Of a stretch of 53,736 nt of DNA, positions 47,361-53,736 are shown one piece after another. The notes under the pieces were generated by a model. That model did not search any database. It saw only the letters and a list, made by a program, of their open reading frames with translations, and was not told where the DNA came from. The position numbers and the translations under genes were made by a program. The first letter of the stretch is position 1, and every line of letters starts with the position of its first letter. Source of the DNA: Candidatus Hydrogenedentota bacterium (GTDB lineage: Bacteria; Hydrogenedentota; Hydrogenedentia; Hydrogenedentales; SLHB01); NCBI GenBank assembly GCA_029974275.1, contig JARKSN010000280.1, positions 1 through 53,736 on the forward strand, written 5' to 3'.

Positions 47361-48124
47361 ATGACCGTTAGCGAGTTGTACCGGAACCCCTTGTATTACG
47401 AGATTGCCTTTTCCTTTCGCGACCTGGATCGGCAGATGGCGGTCATGGAAGAGGCGATGGATCGCTATTCCCGCATTCCGGTGACGCGCGTGCTGGAGAT
47501 TGCCTGCGGCAACGGCCCCCATGTGCCGTTATGGTTGCGGCACGGTCGGGGATCGACCTCAGCGAGCCGATGTTGCGGTACACGGAACGGAAAGCGGCCC
47601 GCTGCAAGGGCAACGCGACGCTGCTGCAATGCGATCTCGCCGATTTCACGCTGGACGAACCCGTCGATTTCGCGTGCGTGTTGCTGGGCTCTCTTTACGT
47701 GAAGACCACGGATCAATTGCGGTCGCATTTCGATTGCGTGGCGCGGGCGCTCCGGCCCGGCGGATTGTATTTCCTGGATTGGTGCGTCGATTTCGACCCG
47801 ATGACCGAGACGGCGATCGGGTGGGAATGCGCGCGCGACGGCATCCGCGTGCGCACGAGTTACTGGACGCGCCACGCCGACCGCGTCGCCCAAACCTATG
47901 AAGAAAACGTGTTGCTGGAAATTGACGACAACGGCGTGCACAAGCGCATACACGAGCGATGCCTCAAGCGCGCGGTGTACCCCCAAGAATTTTTGCTGTT
48001 CGTGGAAACGCATCCCTGTTTCGAATTCGTGGGATGGTGGAACGAGTGGGATTTTGACCAGCCCATCGACGGCGCCGACATCGTCAACCGTCCGATCGCG
48101 CTTGTGCGCCGGACAGGGTATTGA
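47361..48124 (+). pseudogene. class I SAM-dependent methyltransferase with a frameshift near 47545-47550
   Basis: One frame gives VLEIACGNG (motif I); the continuation GIDLSEPML...ALRPGGLY is in a different frame. Confidence 0.8.
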
Positions 48125-48139
48125 ACCGAGGGCGAACGG

Positions 48140-48781
48140 ATGTCCCGAAAGAAGACCGGCGACCCATCCTTGTCCGCGCTGGTGCGCGAGGTGCGCGCCT
48201 GCCGAATATGCGAGCAGGATTTGCCGCTGGGTCCGCGTCCGGTCTTGCGCGCGACTCGGACCGCTCGTCTTCTCCTTGTCGGCCAAGCGCCCGGCGTGCG
48301 CGTCCACGAAACCGGCATTCCCTGGAACGATCCCAGCGGAGATCGCTTGCGGGCGTGGCTCGACGTGTCGCGCGAGATTTTCTATGACGACGCGCGGATC
48401 GCGATTATTCCCATGGGGCTTTGCTACCCTGGTCGGCATGCGCGCGGCGGCGACTTGCCTCCACGCCCCGAATGTGCCCGGACATGGTTTTCGCGCTTGC
48501 TCGAATGCCTGCCGAACGTCGAGTTGACGCTGCTCATCGGCCAATACGCCCAGCGCTACCACCTTGCCGATCGCGCGAAATCGTCGCTTGCCGAAACCGT
48601 CCAGGCATGGCGCGAATACCTGCCTCGCCATCTACCGTTGCCGCATCCCTCCTTCCGCAACCTGCAATGGTTTGCGCGCTGTCCCTGGTTCGAGGCGGAG
48701 GTGTTGCCGGAAGTGCGCCGACGCGTCCATGCCGTTCTGTTCCGCGACCCTCCCGAGCGATCGCGTCATCACGGCGTTTGA
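48140..48781 (+). CDS. uracil-DNA glycosylase superfamily protein
   Basis: CRIC, GQAPG, WNDPSG, MGLCYPG, LPHPS. Confidence 0.88.
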   Translation: MSRKKTGDPSLSALVREVRACRICEQDLPLGPRPVLRATRTARLLLVGQAPGVRVHETGIPWNDPSGDRLRAWLDVSREIFYDDARIAIIPMGLCYPGRHARGGDLPPRPECARTWFSRLLECLPNVELTLLIGQYAQRYHLADRAKSSLAETVQAWREYLPRHLPLPHPSFRNLQWFARCPWFEAEVLPEVRRRVHAVLFRDPPERSRHHGV

Positions 48782-48802
48782 GATCGAATCCGGGAGATGT
48801 GT

Positions 48803-49399
48803 TTACGCAAGCAGATTGAGAAGCTGGCCGAGGGGACGGCTTTCCTGATACGAAATCCGTTGACGGTCCATGGCCGGAGAAACGCGCGCGGCGCCCCCGG
48901 CGTCCGTAGGGGCGCTCCCTTGCGTTCGGGCAAGGGCGATTTCCGCCGCCTGGTTCATGCCGTTGATGAGCGAACGCGCTTGCGCGGCGACGCGTTTTTC
49001 CGCAGTGGCCCGTTCCAGCGACAGATTTGTCTTGCCGGAAACGCCCAAGAGATTCTCGTTCGCCGCGTCCGAATCTTGCGGCGTTGACGGCGCCTCGTCG
49101 GCCTGTTTTTGTTGGGCGGAATCGATCAGCCCGCGGACAAAGCGCAGGTTGGTCCCCATCGTGCGGACGGCCTCGCCCGAAGGCATGACGGTGCCCTCGC
49201 CAAACCCAATCCGCGGAGCGGGCTGCCGCTCACGCCCGAATAGAGCCGCCCCTTCCTCCGTCTGGGACCGGAAGGACCCGGATGTCCCCTCCCGATTTCT
49301 GGGGGATCGGGCAAACGGCGGCGCATACGTCCCCTCATACGGTGCACGCTCGCGCGTCACCGCCAACACAGAAGGCGCTGCTCCGATTTCCAAGCCCAT
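48803..49399 (-). CDS. hypothetical protein
   Basis: Fills the gap between flanking genes; near-consensus promoter upstream. Confidence 0.55.
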   Translation of the reverse strand: MGLEIGAAPSVLAVTRERAPYEGTYAPPFARSPRNREGTSGSFRSQTEEGAALFGRERQPAPRIGFGEGTVMPSGEAVRTMGTNLRFVRGLIDSAQQKQADEAPSTPQDSDAANENLLGVSGKTNLSLERATAEKRVAAQARSLINGMNQAAEIALARTQGSAPTDAGGAARVSPAMDRQRISYQESRPLGQLLNLLA

Positions 49400-49502
49400 C
49401 GCGCCGCCGTCCTTTCGGGCCTTCCCGCACGCGCCGATTCGCCCTTCGCGTGCGGCGTCTCATGTTCCAAAGAAACGCGAAATGCTCACTATTCCCATAT
49501 GA

Positions 49503-49531
49503 ATTATGCCCCGGTCGTCAAATCCTGTCAA
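49503..49531 (-). promoter_or_regulatory. sigma70 promoter
   Basis: TTGACA-17 nt-CATAAT. Confidence 0.65.
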
Positions 49532-49629
49532 GCCTCCTGCTAGGGCTCTACACTCACATTTCGATTCGTCCGAGCTTTCGTGTCCCTTTTGGGGCGCCGA
49601 CTTGCCGTCTCGTTCATCTCTTTGTCCGT

Positions 49630-49655
49630 GTAGCGCCCGGTCTCCGTGCCGGGCG
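49630..49655 (+). repeat. GTAG REP-like hairpin (third copy of the core)
   Basis: GTAG-CGCCCGG-tctccgtg-CCGGGCG. Confidence 0.8.
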
Positions 49656-49709
49656 TGTTCGTCAAGGCAGCACAGTGCATGAGTGCGACACTTGGATTTG
49701 GTCGTTGAC

Positions 49710-49738
49710 TTGACTATTCCCGGGGAGTCGCATACCCT
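49710..49738 (+). promoter_or_regulatory. sigma70 promoter for the radical SAM operon
   Basis: TTGACT-17 nt-TACCCT. Confidence 0.45.
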
Positions 49739-49847
49739 AACGGTGCGAGTCGTCGTGAGGCTGCGGCGCTTGTCGCGGGAGAAGTCGGCGCGCGAGAGGC
49801 TCGTCCCCTGGAGGGGGGGCGGGGCAACATAAAGGGATGATGCAGCA

Positions 49848-51128
49848 GTGACGGCGACGATTACCGGGTCAGCGGGGGAAGTGTTGAAGACCAAGAAGCG
49901 CGTGCTGACGCGGCGGGGCGTGATATGGCTGGGCCAGACGTGCAACCAGCGTTGCTACTTTTGCTATTTCCTCAACAAAATCTCGAACGAGAGCCATCCC
50001 GAGCACGCCTTCATGTCGTTCGACAAGGCGAAACAAATCTGCAAGACGTTGGTTGATTTCTACCATAACAACGCGATCGACATTCAGGGCGGCGAGCCGA
50101 CCATCTACCGCGAGATTCTCGACCTGTGCCAGTATTGCCACGACATCGGCCTGTACCCGACGTTGATCACGAACGGGATCGCGCTGTCGCAGGAGGGCAA
50201 GCTCGAACAGTACCGCGACCACAGGCTGCGCGATTTTTTGGTCAGCCTGCACGGCATCGGGAAAGTGCACGATCAGGTCGTGGGCGCGCCGGGCGCGTAT
50301 GGCTGCATCACCAAGGCCCTCGAAGGCATGGTGCGGCTGGGCATTCCGCGCCGTATCAACTGCACGATGTCGAAACCGGTCGTGCCGTTGATCCCGGAGA
50401 TTGCGCGCAAGTCCATCGAATACGGCGCGCTCGCCGTGAACTACATCGCGTTCAACCCCTTTGAAGACCAGAAGGCGGGCATCCGCACGCACGAGAACGT
50501 GCCGAGGTATTCGGACTTGCGCGGGCCGTTAACCGAAACCCTCGACATGCTCGAAGAAGCGGGCATCGAAGCGAACGTCCGCTACGTGCCGTTGTGCATG
50601 GCCGAACCGCGGCACCGCAAGAATTTCTACAACTTCCAGCAGCTTCCGTATGACACGCATGAATGGGACTATGAAAGCTGGATGTGGACGATGATGTATC
50701 CGCAGCGCATGCGCGACAGCAGCCTGAACGCGACGTATCGCTTGGGGTATGGGGCGAGCGGGTTGTATCGCAGCGATGCGTTCCAGCGGCGCGATGCCTT
50801 CGAGCAAAGTCCCGTGAAGGGCCGCATCAAGTATGGCGTGCAGCACGTGCTGGCGCGCGTCGAATCGGCGGTGCGCGGACGCGATGTATTGTATCGCGAG
50901 GAAGCCAAACTCCGCGCCTCGGTGGACTGCGGCTACCGGTACCACGATGGCTGCAACCGATGCGCACTGAAGAACATCTGCGACGGGTTCCATGGCGACT
51001 ATGCCGATCTCTTCGGCACCGCCGAGGCGAAACCGGCCACCGATCTGCGCCCGATTGACGACCCGCTTTATTTCATCAAAGACCAGGTGAAAGTGGTCGA
51101 GCCGGAAGACAAAGAGTGGGCGATGTAA
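49848..51128 (+). CDS. radical SAM protein with C-terminal auxiliary Cys motif
   Basis: CNQRCYFC, QGGEPT, ITNG, VSLHG, VPLC, CNRCALKNICDG; start 49848 or 49881. Confidence 0.92.
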   Translation: MTATITGSAGEVLKTKKRVLTRRGVIWLGQTCNQRCYFCYFLNKISNESHPEHAFMSFDKAKQICKTLVDFYHNNAIDIQGGEPTIYREILDLCQYCHDIGLYPTLITNGIALSQEGKLEQYRDHRLRDFLVSLHGIGKVHDQVVGAPGAYGCITKALEGMVRLGIPRRINCTMSKPVVPLIPEIARKSIEYGALAVNYIAFNPFEDQKAGIRTHENVPRYSDLRGPLTETLDMLEEAGIEANVRYVPLCMAEPRHRKNFYNFQQLPYDTHEWDYESWMWTMMYPQRMRDSSLNATYRLGYGASGLYRSDAFQRRDAFEQSPVKGRIKYGVQHVLARVESAVRGRDVLYREEAKLRASVDCGYRYHDGCNRCALKNICDGFHGDYADLFGTAEAKPATDLRPIDDPLYFIKDQVKVVEPEDKEWAM

Positions 51129-51178
51129 ATGGGGCGGACGCGCCGAGGAACGCCGGCGATCGCGGCGCGCATGACGCC

Positions 51179-53533
51179 ATGACCCAATCGTATGCCGAAC
51201 AACGCATTCCTCCGTTGCGCGGGTTGATCCCTGTCTTGAATGCGCAAGGCAGGCCCTACGCGATGATCGACCTGAAGCGATGGATCCACCTTGCCAGCGT
51301 TGCGCACAAGATAAAAAAAGCCGATCTACTCGCGCCGACGGCGCAGACCAACGGCTTCGGCGAATTAATCGAATACGCGCGCGCTTTCGATATCCGCGTT
51401 TCACTGCGCACCGATTGTTCGATTCCGCCGGAAAACGCCCGCGCCCTGACCGGCCTGGACCTGCTCGACGTCATGCTATGTCCCGCGTCGGACGACGCGC
51501 CATTTGTCGACGAATGGCTTGCCGCCGCGCATAATGCCGGGTTGCGCGTGCGGCTGCAGTTGCCCGTGGCCGCCATCCCGGACCCTTCCGGCGATGGCTT
51601 TGCGGAACGTCTCCGGAAGGCGGACGTTGCGGCCGTGAACTTCGTCGTGCGCGATCCGTTTCAACCATCAACGCAACGCGGCAAGACCGCCGCGGGGCAT
51701 CTGGCGAAACTTGCGGAAATGGCGCCCGCGCTCGAAAAAAACGGCATCGAGGTCAACGTCATCGGCGCGCCGTTCTGCGCCATCGACAAGGCGCTCTGGC
51801 CGAACGTCGTCAACAGCCGCCAGTTCTTCCTCGATCACCAACACTACCAGCGCGAGAATTACGAGCTCGCCAAGATTCTTTATAAAAAAGGCCCGATTAT
51901 CTGCGGCAAGATCATTTTGGCGTTGTTGCGACGTCATACCGTTCAAGTGGACCTCATCGACGAACGCCTGTTGCCGTGGCTGTTGTGGAGCCCGTGGAAG
52001 AATGCGCGCATGGCGGCGTGGCGAAAACTGACGCGGCACCTCCGGTTCTTCCGTTCGGCGCCGAAGGCCGTCGAGGAAACGGTCGAAGCGCTGGAGCGCG
52101 AGATGCAACGGCTGCGCGAGGCCGAAGCCGAACTCTGCGGCCCTGTGTGTTCGACGTGCTACCTGCGGCGCATCTGCGATCGCCGAACGCCCGAATTTCG
52201 CAAGGCCGCTCCCGGCGTCGCGGTCGCCGCGCAAAAAGGAGAGGACCTTGTCGCGTCGCCGCTGCATTTTTCGGTGCGACAGCATAAATATTTCGACGCC
52301 ATCGATCAGGTCCGCTACACGATGCGCGAGGGCATGATGGCGCTCGCGCACGAGGCCAACCTACTGCTCGTCAATCGTCCCTCGACCCGTTTGCTGACTT
52401 CGGCGGACTATGGCGTCGACAAAACTTACTATGATCCGATGGAAGGCGGCGTGCGCTGGTTCAGCGTCAACAACAGCGAGAAACGCAGCACGAGTTTGGG
52501 GCAGTTTCAGCCGCCGTTCACGCTGTCGTTCATGGTCGCGGGCGGCATCGCCGAGTACGTCGGGTACAGCGTCGGGCGCCACGCGCGGTTGTTGTGTCCG
52601 ATGGAGGCGTTCCGGCACGAGATCACATTGCACGTCGACGCGGACGGCAACCACGTGCTGCTGCGCGATGGCAAGGCCGTGAGGCCGATGGAGTTCGAGG
52701 GCGCGTACTACACGCCGTTGCGCATTGGCGGGCTTGTCGAGCCGCGCATCGCGTTGTGGAACATCGACGGCAACATCGTGACGCAAGCCGTGCGCGTGTG
52801 GGAAGGCGACGGGGCGTCCGCAAAGGATGTGGAGCGCATCAAGTTCTCCTTCGTGACGGTATGCACGCGGTATGCACGGCGGTTGCAGGCCATGCTGCGC
52901 AGCATCGTTCATCAACGTGGCGTCGACCTGTCGCAAATCGAAATCGTCATCGGCTACGTGCCCGGACTCGACGGCACGGACGATTTGCTCGACTCGATTC
53001 ACTGGACGTTCCCCGAGGTGCGGCTGTTGCGGGCTCCGTTCCCGCAGGAACGCACCCATTCGAAAGGCTACATGATCAACGAGGCCTGCGCGATGGCCTC
53101 GGGCGAATGGGTTATCCTGCTCGACGCCGACACGATGCTGCCGCCGCAGTTTCTGGCGTTGGTCGATCAAGCGGGACCGGACACGCATTTCATCGCGACG
53201 GACGGACGCAAACTCCTCGAACGCGAGGTCACGGCGCGCATTCTCCTCGGCGAAATCGACCCGTGGGACCACTGGGACGAACTGCTCCAAACGCCGGGCG
53301 AATATCGCCAACGCGAAGCCAAGGGCATTCCTATCGGTTTTTGCCAAGCCGTGCGCCGGTCATGTTTCGAGAAGGTCAAGTACAACGAGTTCGAACATTT
53401 CGAAACAGCGGACATGGACTTCGCCGTCGATATCCGCCGCGAATTCGGCCTCGAAAAACGCCTCGACGGCGTCATTGCCCTGCACCTCGACCACGGCGGC
53501 AGCCGGTGGTATGGGACATTGAAGCATTTTTGA
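51179..53533 (+). CDS. fusion of a degenerate radical-SAM-like domain, a beta-rich linker domain and a GT2 glycosyltransferase
   Basis: N-terminal half aligns by eye to the upstream rSAM but has no CxxxCxxC; C-terminal FSFVTVC, KGYMINEA, ILLDAD, HLDH GT-A motifs. Confidence 0.8.
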   Translation: MTQSYAEQRIPPLRGLIPVLNAQGRPYAMIDLKRWIHLASVAHKIKKADLLAPTAQTNGFGELIEYARAFDIRVSLRTDCSIPPENARALTGLDLLDVMLCPASDDAPFVDEWLAAAHNAGLRVRLQLPVAAIPDPSGDGFAERLRKADVAAVNFVVRDPFQPSTQRGKTAAGHLAKLAEMAPALEKNGIEVNVIGAPFCAIDKALWPNVVNSRQFFLDHQHYQRENYELAKILYKKGPIICGKIILALLRRHTVQVDLIDERLLPWLLWSPWKNARMAAWRKLTRHLRFFRSAPKAVEETVEALEREMQRLREAEAELCGPVCSTCYLRRICDRRTPEFRKAAPGVAVAAQKGEDLVASPLHFSVRQHKYFDAIDQVRYTMREGMMALAHEANLLLVNRPSTRLLTSADYGVDKTYYDPMEGGVRWFSVNNSEKRSTSLGQFQPPFTLSFMVAGGIAEYVGYSVGRHARLLCPMEAFRHEITLHVDADGNHVLLRDGKAVRPMEFEGAYYTPLRIGGLVEPRIALWNIDGNIVTQAVRVWEGDGASAKDVERIKFSFVTVCTRYARRLQAMLRSIVHQRGVDLSQIEIVIGYVPGLDGTDDLLDSIHWTFPEVRLLRAPFPQERTHSKGYMINEACAMASGEWVILLDADTMLPPQFLALVDQAGPDTHFIATDGRKLLEREVTARILLGEIDPWDHWDELLQTPGEYRQREAKGIPIGFCQAVRRSCFEKVKYNEFEHFETADMDFAVDIRREFGLEKRLDGVIALHLDHGGSRWYGTLKHF

Positions 53534-53543
53534 TGGAAGACAG

Positions 53544-53577
53544 GGGGGAAACCTTTTTAATAAAAATGGTTTCCCCC
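53544..53577. repeat. palindromic element / possible terminator
   Basis: GGGGGAAACC-tttttaataaaaat-GGTTTCCCCC. Confidence 0.6.
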
Positions 53578-53712
53578 GGACCCCCTTCCACAAAGAACTT
53601 CAAAATTTGCGGAGGGTGGGTGAGGGTGCCGGGGCCTGTCGCGTACGGTAGCGACACCCGGCACCCATTGAGAGGGGCGGGTCACGGCGCTTGTGGCCCA
53701 GACCAAAGTCTT

Positions 53713-53736
53713 TGTGGGAGGGGCATCCTGCCCCGA
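53713..53736 (+). repeat. GTGG-type REP-like hairpin
   Basis: GTGGGA-GGGGCA-tcc-TGCCCC-ga at the window edge. Confidence 0.4.

Noticed and set aside
49400..49850. RiPP or His-Xaa-Ser precursor peptide for the downstream radical SAM
   Set aside because: No convincing small ORF with RBS or HxS repeats; the region is explained by divergent promoters and a REP-like hairpin.
1..53736. CRISPR array or cas genes
   Set aside because: No regularly spaced repeat-spacer series or Cas motifs were seen; the repeats found are two- or three-copy dispersed elements.

Overview
GC-rich bacterial chromosomal segment with no rRNA and no CRISPR array. The gene style (many secreted glycan-active proteins, a kinase-WD40 protein) suggests a PVC-like or Hydrogenedentota-like organism, but that is only an impression. 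In order, the window holds: (1) an exopolysaccharide operon (GT4, NDP-sugar dehydratase, an unusual Wza-like exporter, a Wzc-like protein with a degenerate kinase), then a PlsC acyltransferase, a Lys-rich lipoprotein, a GH29 fucosidase and tRNA-Asp; (2) a 10-gene type II FAS/PKS cluster of aryl-polyene/flexirubin/ladderane-candidate type (3 KS, 2 Cys-less KS-like proteins, 2 ACP, thioesterase, radical SAM-SPASM, phytoene-desaturase-like flavoprotein); (3) an orphan sugar ABC ATPase, a truncated IS110 that retains a structured non-coding left end, hicBA, a cNMP-binding protein and thrS; (4) a lower-GC flippase/SGNH/acetyltransferase block and an oxidoreductase flanked by ~90-bp direct repeats, then tRNA-Glu; (5) carbohydrate and housekeeping genes (PA14 protein, HAD, GH-like, Ser/Thr kinase-TPR-WD40, fumC, DUF2961, OmpA, uxaC, kup, a frameshifted methyltransferase, UDG-like); (6) a radical SAM gene followed by a fusion of a degenerate paralog of that same radical SAM with a GT2 glycosyltransferase. 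The best novelty candidates are this rSAM/pseudo-rSAM-GT2 pair, the rSAM-containing lipid/polyene cluster, the nested triple-domain Wza, the IS110 bridge-RNA-like end and two unexplained non-coding repeat families. All calls are from motif recognition by eye; no searches were run.
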